Virus record (IMG/VR): IMGVR_UViG_2907128583_000005
Location: 64,001 to 128,000 of that record
Strand: one strand, 5' to 3'
DNA: 64,000 nt
Source: a virus
Lineage: Duplodnaviria > Caudoviricetes
Each line of letters opens with the position of its first letter. The stretch's first letter is position 1. The translations under genes were made by a program, and so were the position numbers. Below, one piece after another: positions 10,796 through 20,386 of this stretch. Under the pieces are notes generated by a model. The model made no database searches and was not told the DNA's origin. It worked only from the letters and a program-made list of their open reading frames with translations.

Positions 10796-11059
10796 TTAAA
10801 GTAAATCACTTTGAATGTCGCTATAGCTATAACCATAAGTAAAACCAGAAATACTAATGCCTTTTGCAAATTTATGATTTAAGTTCTCATCGTAAGTATT
10901 TTTATAGTATTCAAGCTTGGTTTTAAAGTTATTCTTCCCGTTGATGATTACCTCTTCGTCTGCGAAACCATCCATTTTAATTCTGACTCCTACAAATGAT
11001 GCTTCATTGGCATTAGCATCTTCAAAGTTCTGAATCAGGCTATTCATAGTTAATTTCAA
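10796..11059 (-). CDS. hypothetical phage protein
   Basis: 87-aa ORF with AAGGAG RBS. Confidence 0.75.
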   Translation of the reverse strand: MKLTMNSLIQNFEDANANEASFVGVRIKMDGFADEEVIINGKNNFKTKLEYYKNTYDENLNHKFAKGISISGFTYGYSYSDIQSDLL

Positions 11060-11118
11060 TTTTATACTGACTCCTTTGTCTTTGGGTAAAAGAACTGTTT
11101 TATCTAAAATGCTATGTA

Positions 11119-11580
11119 TTACTTCTCAATATGAAGCTTGAATAAATCGCCTTTTTCATTAAACTCTTTTATTTCAAATACATAATCAAAATCATCTGCA
11201 TCGCCCATATAAGAATGGTTGAAGTTATAAGCACTTACAATACTGCACTTTGGCATTTCATATTGTACTAATACATCTTTTTGATTTTCTTGTTTTCTAT
11301 AAAAGCCTTCAGCTATAAGTTTGCAATTAACAACTCTACGATTAAAAACTATAGTTTCACAATTTTGAGTTTTACTAAAGAACTTATCATAATCTGACTT
11401 CGTGTCTTCCGATTTATTTAGAAACTTGAGCATGTCGCCATTCAACAGAGCATCTTTAACTCTGATCGTTCTATTTGCTACACTTATGCTCCCTTTTTTC
11501 AGGGTATTGATAGTTGAAATAAAATTTCCAGCCTCATCAAACACATGCAGCTCAATGATATCTCTAATACCATAATTCAC
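11119..11580 (-). CDS. hypothetical phage protein
   Basis: 153-aa ORF with GGAGG RBS, overlapping the upstream gene. Confidence 0.75.
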   Translation of the reverse strand: MNYGIRDIIELHVFDEAGNFISTINTLKKGSISVANRTIRVKDALLNGDMLKFLNKSEDTKSDYDKFFSKTQNCETIVFNRRVVNCKLIAEGFYRKQENQKDVLVQYEMPKCSIVSAYNFNHSYMGDADDFDYVFEIKEFNEKGDLFKLHIEK

Positions 11581-11824
11581 GTTTCCTTACCTCCTCATTT
11601 TCCTGTCTATGATTTAAATAATTATATAATTCATTTACAATCCGACAATTTCTAAATTCCTCTACTCTTTCTCCTAGCAATGCTCTAACCACGAGCCACC
11701 AGTCATCTAAATACTCCCTATCTTTATCTCTCTTTAGATATAATGTATCAGCAGCAATAGTCAAAGCTTCGACTTCACGAGGCAACATATCCTCAACAAT
11801 AAATCTCTTCAATTCATCATTCAT
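11564..11824 (-). CDS. hypothetical phage protein
   Basis: 86-aa ORF with GAGG RBS. Confidence 0.7.
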   Translation of the reverse strand: MNDELKRFIVEDMLPREVEALTIAADTLYLKRDKDREYLDDWWLVVRALLGERVEEFRNCRIVNELYNYLNHRQENEEVRKRELWY

Positions 11825-11840
11825 ATTAAGTTGTCCTCTT

Positions 11841-12062
11841 TTATGTATTTTTGTTTGACACTACTTTATCAAACTCTCTCCAAGCGTCCTTCCAAATCTG
11901 TTCCTTTAGTCCATCATACTTATCAAAATCCTTCTTGCCCAAATACTGTTTAAGTTTCTTCTTTACATAATTATCTTCATGCAGCTTTTTTTCTTGCTCA
12001 GTGCCTATATCACACATAAAACAACTAACGAGTATTTGAGCCAATTCATCACTTACGTCCAT
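11841..12062 (-). CDS. hypothetical phage protein
   Basis: ORF; likely start MDVSDEL. Confidence 0.6.
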   Translation of the reverse strand: MDVSDELAQILVSCFMCDIGTEQEKKLHEDNYVKKKLKQYLGKKDFDKYDGLKEQIWKDAWREFDKVVSNKNT

Positions 12063-12249
12063 TTTTTTCAATCCATCTCTTGATATTGATATGCCCCATT
12101 CGTTCATTTATAAAATCTATCTTATCTCTTTGAGCTTTTTCTAAACTGATTCGTGCTTTTGTTAAACTATCAAGACTCTTATTCAGTCTTTCTATCGATT
12201 CATTTAGCTTAGCAACATTTCTTAATAGCTCAGTGGTTTCTTTACCCAT
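12049..12249 (-). CDS. hypothetical coiled-coil protein
   Basis: 66-aa ORF with heptad pattern. Confidence 0.6.
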   Translation of the reverse strand: MGKETTELLRNVAKLNESIERLNKSLDSLTKARISLEKAQRDKIDFINERMGHINIKRWIEKNGRK

Positions 12250-12371
12250 TACTCATCCCACCTTCGAGGATATGTACCAACAGGATAAGCTATTGAAGCT
12301 ACAAATAACAAGTGGTGAATTGTACCGCTTATCTGTTCCGTTTTGCTCACCTCCTTCTTTATTGTAATTTC

Positions 12372-12417
12372 ATTATATTCATTTATAAAGAATAAGTCAA
12401 TTGTATTTTAATTATTT
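12372..12417 (-). promoter_or_regulatory. sigmaA-type promoter with upstream AT box
   Basis: TTGACT-17 bp-TATAAT on the minus strand. Confidence 0.75.
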
Positions 12418-12452
12418 ATTTATTTTAGTCTACTATTTGTAAAAGGTACATT

Positions 12453-12650
12453 TTACATGAATTCTAAGATGTCTTTCATTGCAAACTCTCGATAATCTCC
12501 TTTAGCATAATCCCAAGCTTTAAGTAACCACTGTTCTTCTGGGTGCCATTCTGTAGACCCATAGCGGATACCTTGAGGATACACATGTCTCAGACTCACT
12601 TCACCTTTATAATTCTTATATTCAAACATCAACTTTTTGTTAAAGTCCAT
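12453..12650 (-). CDS. stand-alone WYL-domain protein
   Basis: YKNYKGEVSLRHVYP...WLLKAWD...REFAMKDI matches the WYL signature. Confidence 0.75.
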   Translation of the reverse strand: MDFNKKLMFEYKNYKGEVSLRHVYPQGIRYGSTEWHPEEQWLLKAWDYAKGDYREFAMKDILEFM

Positions 12651-12687
12651 CTCATATCCCCCCTTCAAATGTGCATTTCATTCAAAA

Positions 12688-13053
12688 TTAAACCGATGTT
12701 TCATCTTCAATATACAAACTATAAATTAATTCATTTTTATATTTATAGTACTGTGTTCCTGCAATGGTAAGAGTGCAATTGTGACTTTTAGCAATTTCGG
12801 GAATATCTTCGAGTTTATCAACTTTAGCCACTAGCATTTTCACTTTTTTCAGTACTCGATCATCTGCATCAACCTCAAACTCGCAGTTAGGATATTTTTG
12901 TCTAAGGTGTTCAATATCTGAAGTTGTGGCATAGGTATGCCCTCCCGTGCCTCTATTTATTAGTAAATGAGTATATCCCTCACTCTCTACAATAAAGTCA
13001 CTATATCTGTTCAAATCAGAAACGAAGTCTACATAAAAATTCATCACACTCAC
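12688..13053 (-). CDS. hypothetical phage protein
   Basis: 121-aa ORF. Confidence 0.7.
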   Translation of the reverse strand: MSVMNFYVDFVSDLNRYSDFIVESEGYTHLLINRGTGGHTYATTSDIEHLRQKYPNCEFEVDADDRVLKKVKMLVAKVDKLEDIPEIAKSHNCTLTIAGTQYYKYKNELIYSLYIEDETSV

Positions 13054-13081
13054 CCTTTCTCTTGATAAAATTTGACTTTGA

Positions 13082-13402
13082 TCAATTCAGTTCAACATCC
13101 CAAGTAAAACCTGCACCATCCACATACTTTATCTGTAACGATTCTAATGAGTGACAATAGCCATCACATCCATTAAAGGGAATTGTGATATATTCACCCA
13201 ACGGACAGTCACTAAGTTGGTGATATCCACTGTAATTATTTTTCAATTCAATGAGTTCATTAATCACTTCTGTGTTAAATTCCTCGGCATTGTACTTAGC
13301 GGTCTCTGTAATGTAGTCTGCGTCATTCGAGTCGGCAACAATAGTAACAACAAAATTATTTAATTCTTCTGCTTGCGGTGCAACTAATTTGTATTTTTTC
13401 AT
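13082..13402 (-). CDS. hypothetical phage protein, paralog of 14552-14878
   Basis: Shares VTIVADSND, HQLSDCPLGEYI and GFTWDV with 14552-14878. Confidence 0.8.
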   Translation of the reverse strand: MKKYKLVAPQAEELNNFVVTIVADSNDADYITETAKYNAEEFNTEVINELIELKNNYSGYHQLSDCPLGEYITIPFNGCDGYCHSLESLQIKYVDGAGFTWDVELN

Positions 13403-13529
13403 TAATAAAACTCCTTATTGTCTTTATGTGATTTTAATGCTTCTCTAAATAATTGTCCTTCATTTCAGTAAATAAATTTACAATATATTCCGATATACAA
13501 TATAGTTACTATTGAAAGGGTGCTGCTAT

Positions 13530-14147
13530 ATGAATCTAACAATTGACTGGGGAACTTTAATAGTTTCTGTCCCAGTAGTTGCTGCCACATGTTTTGGAGC
13601 TATAAAGTTTATTGGTAAAGCTTATCTCAAGCAACACTTCGACCAGAGGTTAGAATCATTCAAAACTGAATTACTTAAGGATACTGAAAAGTATAAATCT
13701 GAATTGGAAAAGGAAAAGAATGTTCACATTAAAGATCTTGAATTTCAGGCGGCTAGGAGCATGAAAATGTTCGATATGTCTTCAAAGGATAAATATCAAG
13801 CATTTATCACTATGTGGGAACAAGTAAGAGTATTTTTCAATCTTTACAATTCCAATCGTGAAAACCCAGAAGAATGTAGAATTGAAGCAGAACGTATTAA
13901 AGAGTCTAAAAAATCTATTAGTATTCATATCTCTGAAGAACTGGCTGAGTTATTTGATAGTTTATATGATATTTCATATAATGCAATTGGAGCCAAAAGA
14001 CATTATTATAGATTAAGAAATGCAGATCCTAATAATGCTACGATGGATAGAGCTCAGGAAAATTTTGAGTCTTATTTAGAGAGAGTAACAACCATATACA
14101 ATAACATTGAGAAACTTTTACGTGACGAGCTAAAAGGCTCTCTCTAA
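13530..14147 (+). CDS. moron: N-terminal membrane anchor plus coiled-coil protein
   Basis: Opposite strand, own RBS (GAAAGGG) and terminator; hydrophobic N-terminus. Confidence 0.8.
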   Translation: MNLTIDWGTLIVSVPVVAATCFGAIKFIGKAYLKQHFDQRLESFKTELLKDTEKYKSELEKEKNVHIKDLEFQAARSMKMFDMSSKDKYQAFITMWEQVRVFFNLYNSNRENPEECRIEAERIKESKKSISIHISEELAELFDSLYDISYNAIGAKRHYYRLRNADPNNATMDRAQENFESYLERVTTIYNNIEKLLRDELKGSL

Positions 14148-14155
14148 AATATTCT

Positions 14156-14178
14156 GAGACCTTAAGGGTCTCTTTTTT
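14156..14178 (+). terminator. intrinsic terminator
   Basis: GAGACC/GGTCTC stem followed by T6. Confidence 0.8.
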
Positions 14179-14220
14179 ATAAAATGCGGCTTTTATAGCC
14201 TACACTAATACATAGAACCC

Positions 14221-14547
14221 CTAATTTATCTTTCTTTTCAATACCTGTTGTGTTGGTTCCATAAGAATCTCAATCTCCTTGTCTAAAGCTTTCTTTTTCT
14301 TGTTCCAATCTTCCCACTTTTGTTGTGTTTCTTGCTGTTGGTGCTGTTCATACATTTGCAGAAATTCTTTATACGCTGCCAATCTGCCAACCTTTTTACC
14401 GTGAGATAATTCCAGTCCATAGTAATCGTCAAAATTGCCTCCAGACCAATCTTCAGGATCGTAGTTCTCTTCATTTTCTTGATTGATTTCATCTACATAC
14501 TCTTGAAGTACATTGATCTTGTTTCTTAATCCTTCAACAATGTCCAT
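14221..14547 (-). CDS. hypothetical phage protein
   Basis: Start MDIVEGL after AAGGAGG. Confidence 0.7.
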   Translation of the reverse strand: MDIVEGLRNKINVLQEYVDEINQENEENYDPEDWSGGNFDDYYGLELSHGKKVGRLAAYKEFLQMYEQHQQQETQQKWEDWNKKKKALDKEIEILMEPTQQVLKRKIN

Positions 14548-14551
14548 TTTA

Positions 14552-14878
14552 CTAACCTCCTTGTAAATTAACGTCCCAAGTAAACCCATCCTCATCAATA
14601 TAAACAACTGATAAGGATTCAAGCGTGTGACAGAAACCATCATATCCATTGTAAGGAATATCGATATACTCTCCCAGTGGACAGTCCGAAAGTTGATGCG
14701 ACTCACCATATTTAAATTTTAATTCAATCAATTCATCTACAATAGCTCCATTAAACTGTTTTGATGTATATGTTCTTGTTGTTGTAATGTAATCTCCATC
14801 ATTAGAATCAGCAACAATCGTAACCTTAAAGAAATCACACTCTTCCTTTCTAGGTTTTGATAGTGTGTATTTACTCAT
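14552..14878 (-). CDS. hypothetical phage protein, paralog of 13082-13402
   Basis: Clear similarity to 13082-13402; GGGAG RBS. Confidence 0.8.
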   Translation of the reverse strand: MSKYTLSKPRKEECDFFKVTIVADSNDGDYITTTRTYTSKQFNGAIVDELIELKFKYGESHQLSDCPLGEYIDIPYNGYDGFCHTLESLSVVYIDEDGFTWDVNLQGG

Positions 14879-14890
14879 TGTTTGTCTCCC

Positions 14891-15313
14891 TTAAATTAGT
14901 TTCATAATTTCTTGATTGATCTCATCAATTTTCTGACTATAATATGTATTTTTCTTTACCTTTGCATCATCAAATTGCTTCAAGTTTTCAACACACTGAT
15001 TCAAATAGTGCTTGATACACTCTTCTTTATCATAGAAAATATTTAGCGATACACCCGTATAAGCCCTGTAGCCAGTATTATCATATGGAGCAATAACTGT
15101 GCTGGACAGTTTCCCACTCTCTTTTAGTTCTCGAAAATGAAATTCTGAATAGTATACTCTTTTATTTTTTGGTAAGTCTTCATTGTTAACCACCACAACT
15201 TTTTTAGGTGGGATATGGCGAATTGCCTTATTGTCTACATCGTTATAACGATAATCACAAATCCAAACTTCTTCCCCAATCTTAGCTTTAGATCTGAACT
15301 CTAAATGATTCAC
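14891..15313 (-). CDS. hypothetical phage protein
   Basis: 140-aa ORF abutting the upstream gene. Confidence 0.75.
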   Translation of the reverse strand: MNHLEFRSKAKIGEEVWICDYRYNDVDNKAIRHIPPKKVVVVNNEDLPKNKRVYYSEFHFRELKESGKLSSTVIAPYDNTGYRAYTGVSLNIFYDKEECIKHYLNQCVENLKQFDDAKVKKNTYYSQKIDEINQEIMKLI

Positions 15314-15706
15314 TTAATAGGCCTTCCCCAATCTGTAATCATCTGCATGTTCCCACTGCTTAAACCATTCTGAGGCATGATAATTAAATACATCATTATG
15401 TTCCTTATAGTTATTGACTGTCCAAGTGAATGATTTAACTTCATAATCACCTAATTCATAAAATTGATGGTCTCCTTCTGTAACCAGCTTCATTCTGTTC
15501 ACTTTCCAGTAAGAGCTAAACGGATAATGCTTAGAATCAGCTTTCATATTGCCCACTTTCCAATTTTCAATTTTTCCATCCAGAAGTAAAACATTAGCAT
15601 GTAATTCATGTGGATATTTGTCCGACCAATGCACAAACTCATGTTTTTTGGCTAAGTACTCGTCCTTATGATCATCTATGTATTTCATGGTTTCCTTTAT
15701 ACTCAC
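15314..15706 (-). CDS. hypothetical phage protein
   Basis: 130-aa ORF with RBS. Confidence 0.75.
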   Translation of the reverse strand: MSIKETMKYIDDHKDEYLAKKHEFVHWSDKYPHELHANVLLLDGKIENWKVGNMKADSKHYPFSSYWKVNRMKLVTEGDHQFYELGDYEVKSFTWTVNNYKEHNDVFNYHASEWFKQWEHADDYRLGKAY

Positions 15707-15738
15707 TTTATCGCTTCCTTTCCTCTAAAATACGCCTT

Positions 15739-16035
15739 TTACTGATTTATTTTGTCTACGATAATTTTGCAAACCTTGTGTCTATATGTATGATTGTAAT
15801 CCTCTTCAGTGGTAAACAAATAGTTCTTAACGACATATTTACTTAATAATCCGTCTCCTTCGCGGGGATTGCTACCTTGATTAAATGTCTTATATTCAAC
15901 AATTGATCCAACTGGAGGTAATACATCAAACGGATTACCCCAACCATAGTACTTTCCACCATCACTATGTCTGTTGACAAGATGCCCATCACAAAGTAAT
16001 TCAAACCTAAATTCACTGAGTGTCAGTTTTATCAA
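15739..16035 (-). CDS. hypothetical phage protein
   Basis: 98-aa ORF. Confidence 0.65.
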   Translation of the reverse strand: MIKLTLSEFRFELLCDGHLVNRHSDGGKYYGWGNPFDVLPPVGSIVEYKTFNQGSNPREGDGLLSKYVVKNYLFTTEEDYNHTYRHKVCKIIVDKINQ

Positions 16036-16041
16036 TTCCCT

Positions 16042-16326
16042 TCAATATTTTGGATTCAAAGATTCGTTTACTGTTGAGTAAATAACTTGAATTTGACTAG
16101 CCCAAGGTTTCAAACGTGGATCTAACTTTCTTATTTCTCCAAATGCAGTTTCAGAAATCTGGTTATAGAAATCGTCCTCACCATACTTGATCCATTCAAA
16201 ACCTTCTCTTAATGCATTAACTCCGTTGATTAACTCAACTATCATTTCTTCTTTAAATAAGTCATCGTCTGAGTAGTATGCTTCCGTAATCTCTTTCAAA
16301 CGTTCTGGTTTTAACCCCATATACAC
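16042..16326 (-). CDS. hypothetical phage protein
   Basis: 94-aa ORF. Confidence 0.7.
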   Translation of the reverse strand: MYMGLKPERLKEITEAYYSDDDLFKEEMIVELINGVNALREGFEWIKYGEDDFYNQISETAFGEIRKLDPRLKPWASQIQVIYSTVNESLNPKY

Positions 16327-16551
16327 CTATTCCTTTTCAGATAAAATCTCACTTTTACGTAGTTAATCTCCAATATTACTAAGAACAGATTCGATTTCTG
16401 CAACAAGTGAATTAGTTTCTTCAATCGCGTCTGCATTAAAACTCATGTCACCAGCGATAGAATCCATCCATTCCTCCAGATCCTCTTTGGCTAACTTAAG
16501 CAATCTTAAAAGATTTTTTTGTTGGTCTATGATTTCCACACTTTTCTCCCC

Positions 16552-17004
16552 CTATGCCCAATATGAGATTGCATCTTCAAACTTAATCCAAAATGTTTCT
16601 TCGAGTTCTTCATCTGTTTCAATATTGTAGAACTGAATAAGCATATCATTCCGATGATCTTCTTTAACCACAAATCCTTCTGGATGTGGAACCCAACCGT
16701 CTGGAGGGGTAATACTCAGCTCCTTCAATTTTTCCATTGTCTTTTCAAGCGTCCAAGTTAGTTCACAAACAAATCCAGTGTAATCTTTGTTTTGGTTGTA
16801 GCCATAATTTCTTTCAGCCATTTTGTTTGTCTCCTCTTCGATAATAGGTTTGTAATTTTCAATCAACTCTTCCTCTGTCATTGCGGGCGTACTAAGTGCT
16901 TTTGCACCTACTGGAGACAACTTATACATTGTGACTATTTCTGATACCTCAAGTCGCTGTCCTGTTGATATCAATTTAAACCGATCTCCCATATTAATAG
17001 ACAT
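16552..17004 (-). CDS. hypothetical phage protein
   Basis: 150-aa ORF with AAGGAG RBS. Confidence 0.7.
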   Translation of the reverse strand: MSINMGDRFKLISTGQRLEVSEIVTMYKLSPVGAKALSTPAMTEEELIENYKPIIEEETNKMAERNYGYNQNKDYTGFVCELTWTLEKTMEKLKELSITPPDGWVPHPEGFVVKEDHRNDMLIQFYNIETDEELEETFWIKFEDAISYWA

Positions 17005-17037
17005 CGCTCATACTCCTTTCTTTATCAAATATATCTT

Positions 17038-17313
17038 TTACTTGCTTGATCTTTTTCTTAACTTTCTGCCAAGAATAAATGTCGATATAAACGCAGATAA
17101 ATAAAAAATGCTATATCCAACAAAGCCAGCAAAGATAATTTTAACAATATTAATAGTTATGATATATGAATCAACTGTTGTGGCTCTTACTGCATCAATT
17201 AGTCCTACTATTCCTCCGACAAACATAATATAGAATCCTACATATACTGCCGACACAATCCCCAATAAAAAGAATACGATAGAAAAAATCTTCTTCAAAT
17301 TAACATCCTCCAT
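17038..17313 (-). CDS. small two-TM membrane protein
   Basis: Two hydrophobic segments and a basic tail. Confidence 0.7.
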   Translation of the reverse strand: MEDVNLKKIFSIVFFLLGIVSAVYVGFYIMFVGGIVGLIDAVRATTVDSYIITINIVKIIFAGFVGYSIFYLSAFISTFILGRKLRKRSSK

Positions 17314-17450
17314 TATGTATACTGACTAACCTCACCCAAATCGAGATTTTTTCACTTGCTAGTCATGTGCAATCCCCACTATCGTCGTGTTTTCCATCTC
17401 AGCATAAGCCAACACTCCTAGTTGATTGCATAGCCCAGTTTGTTGTATTG

Positions 17451-17858
17451 CTATTTAAAGAAAATGCTATACAAAAAATATGTAATGTAAATTGTATCAA
17501 TTGGATAAAGAATTTTATTCAGCAAGAGTCTGCTCATGGGTTTACGATTAAATGCATATAGTATTAAGCAAACACCGTTAATTAGTTTAAGCAAGAATTG
17601 TAAGATTCCATATGCTAATAAGTATTCATTCGTTGAAAAATATATTGCTGATAAAAAATAGAATGTCAGAGGGATTGTCCCAACTACGAAAGTAAGAATT
17701 AAAAATAACCAGTTCGGATTTGGGATGAGTGAATCTAATCCATTTATCGATTCTTTTAATTTTTGTTGTGATATTTCTTTGGGTTCAAGCCATCTTTTAT
17801 AACCGCTAATATTCAAAAAAAGCATAACCAATCCCAACAATATATAAGTTACAGTCAT
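17451..17858 (-). CDS. membrane protein
   Basis: About four hydrophobic segments; GAGGG RBS. Confidence 0.7.
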   Translation of the reverse strand: MTVTYILLGLVMLFLNISGYKRWLEPKEISQQKLKESINGLDSLIPNPNWLFLILTFVVGTIPLTFYFLSAIYFSTNEYLLAYGILQFLLKLINGVCLILYAFNRKPMSRLLLNKILYPIDTIYITYFLYSIFFK

Positions 17859-17898
17859 ATAAAAACCCTCTCTGGCTTTATCTTTTTGTGTAAAAGCA

Positions 17899-18159
17899 TT
17901 ATTTTATCTTGATATATCTATTCAAGATTCGCTTAAAAAGCTCCTTATCTTCACTGCTGACCCTAACGAATTCCTTTTTATCTTCCTCATGAATAACCGT
18001 ATTATCAACAACCATATTTACAATTTCATTATTATGATCTATTTCCGTGTAAATTGATGTCGTTTGAGCAACATGATCCCCTGCCATATATGGTTTAGAT
18101 GGATTCTTTTTCTCTACCACTTCTTCAATAGTAATCAAAAGATTTCTATTTTTATTCAT
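17899..18159 (-). CDS. hypothetical phage protein
   Basis: 86-aa ORF. Confidence 0.65.
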   Translation of the reverse strand: MNKNRNLLITIEEVVEKKNPSKPYMAGDHVAQTTSIYTEIDHNNEIVNMVVDNTVIHEEDKKEFVRVSSEDKELFKRILNRYIKIK

Positions 18160-18233
18160 TTAGGTGCACACTCACTTTTCATCAAACTTGTATTTACATT
18201 CACATACGTTGTTCAATATTTAATATGGCTCCT

Positions 18234-18473
18234 CTATATTGTTCTACAACCTTTATGATATTGTTTGCCTCTATATTTAAATCGAGCAATAAACGTTTTG
18301 ATAAGCAACAATCCTTCGTTGACTCTTTCGACAACTATTACTCCAAATTTAGTCTTCCAGCTTATCTTTCCTACGATATTAGGAATGGCAGCCACCTCTT
18401 TAATGAGGCGACCCACTCCAACATTACTTTGCTCACATCTTGTTCTCGCATGATCGGACACTTTAATACGCAT
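18234..18473 (-). CDS. hypothetical phage protein
   Basis: 79-aa ORF with SDHARTR motif. Confidence 0.65.
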   Translation of the reverse strand: MRIKVSDHARTRCEQSNVGVGRLIKEVAAIPNIVGKISWKTKFGVIVVERVNEGLLLIKTFIARFKYRGKQYHKGCRTI

Positions 18474-18477
18474 AAAA

Positions 18478-18699
18478 TCACCGTTTTACAGACTTACGAT
18501 TCTTGCGTTGCGCTGCAAATTTCGTGAGTGTAGCCCCTTCTTTTTGTCCATTCACGGCAGGCTTAACAAATTGAAACTTTAATCCTTCTTTAGTCGCGAT
18601 TCGTTTTGCCTTTTTTACTGCTCCAAGACAGTCAGTTGGTAGATTGTTGATTACCACGTTTTTGTTTTGCGTGTTTACTGCGATTCCGTAAAATTTCAT
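18478..18699 (-). CDS. hypothetical basic protein
   Basis: 73-aa ORF with GGAG RBS. Confidence 0.7.
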   Translation of the reverse strand: MKFYGIAVNTQNKNVVINNLPTDCLGAVKKAKRIATKEGLKFQFVKPAVNGQKEGATLTKFAAQRKNRKSVKR

Positions 18700-18729
18700 A
18701 TGTATATTTCTCCGTTCTTATATGTCTTT

Positions 18730-20386
18730 TTATTTTGTTTCTCTATATTCTTCTATAAATAATTGGAGTGTTTTAGTTACTTTGAATTTTGGTCTATAAA
18801 CTTTCCATACATTTATATTTAATGTTCCAATTGCTTCAATCTCACTAAAGACTGGAACACTTTTATAGTAATTTACGTCAGTCTTAAACTTCATAAGCTG
18901 AAGCTTGTCGCAGTCAATTTTAACGGTGTTGTTGGACTGGCCAATCAACTTCTTATCTGACACAAATAGCCCTTTAATAAGAAATCTACCCTGTTTGAAT
19001 TTATTACCTGTGATCCGATAGAATTCAGAAAGATAGTTGATTAGATTTTCGTTTACCTGATTGATGTCAAATTCAAGGTCATAATATAATGAATTATCTG
19101 CAACAAAATTCTGAAGCTTTCCGTTAAGCTCTTGACGTAATACTTCAATGTCTTTTTTCAACAATTGAAGACCACCAGCTCCATCATGTCCACCTGTATA
19201 AATAACGCTATTGCAATCACCAAGCATATCTAACATTGAAAAATCTTCTAAGCCTCGAAAGCTTCCTGCATATGTATCCTCACTGTCTCCATTACCAAGT
19301 ACAATTGCTGGCCTACTATATGTTCTGGACAGTTCTTGCGCTACTAGTCCATTCATACCTTTTCCAAGAGTATGATCAATAACAATAACAACTTTGTCGT
19401 TTTCATTTACTAAAGGTTTTAACCTAATTAATGCTTCAGCTTGTACTGTTTTTCGTCTTTCATTTAATCTAATCAAATCTTTAACCAATAATTTAATCTC
19501 TGGACTGTCCTCGTCGCACATCAGAAAATCTATAGCCAACTGAATATTGTCTGCTCTCGTGGCTGCTGTAACGGCAGGGCTTACTCCGTATAAGAAGTCT
19601 GTTGCTGAAAGGTTGTTTAAATCAAAGTTCATAGCTGCAAATAATACTTTTAATCCTGCATGACGCAATCCCTTCAAGGATAGTTTCGCAAAATATCTAT
19701 TCTCTAACTCTATCATTGACATCATGTCTGCCATCAATGAAAACCCCGGCAAGTCAGATAATTGATGTGCATAATGTGTATTCATGTAATCATCAATTAC
19801 CTCGCAAACTTTGAACACAAGTAATCCACCACAAGCATTTTTATTTGGATATTTACATCCTTCTTGCTGAGGATTCACTATAATCGCATAGGGATTATTG
19901 TTAGTAATGGTATGATGATCAATAATTAAGCAGTCAATACCTTTATCAACCAATGCCTTCATCGATTGTGTATCATTACTTGAACTATCTACAGCAATAA
20001 ACAACTTTGTTCGTTTAGGAATTGAATCAATTAAATTATTGATCGAGTGACCTTCGCTTCGTTCATTGCATACATAATGTACATCGTCTGTGAAATTTTT
20101 TAGATACTTGTATAGTAGTACTAATGATGTTACGCCGTCATAATCCTAACTAATCAGGATCTCCAGAAATCGTAATTGTTTCACGACTTCTTATTGCAAG
20201 TATGATTCGTGTTGCTAGTGCATCTATATTTTTGAGTAGGTATGAATTGCATATTACATTTGTCAATGGGTTCAAGAATTGATCAATATCTTCGATACCA
20301 TTGATTTTAGCCAACTTACCATATGTATTGTCGTATGCTTCAAACGGAATTTTGGGTTCTCTCTGTTTCCATCTCAATACCTTCAT
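18730..20386 (-). CDS. RecJ-like DHH/DHHA1 ssDNA exonuclease (SPbeta YorK-like), interrupted by a 10-nt insertion at 20143-20152
   Basis: Part 1 ends ISGDPD*; the shifted frame resumes YDGVTS...ERSEGH...IAVDSS...IIDHH...GSFR...GGHDGAGG. Removing 10 nt gives motif I GDPDYDG and one 548-aa protein. Confidence 0.9.
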
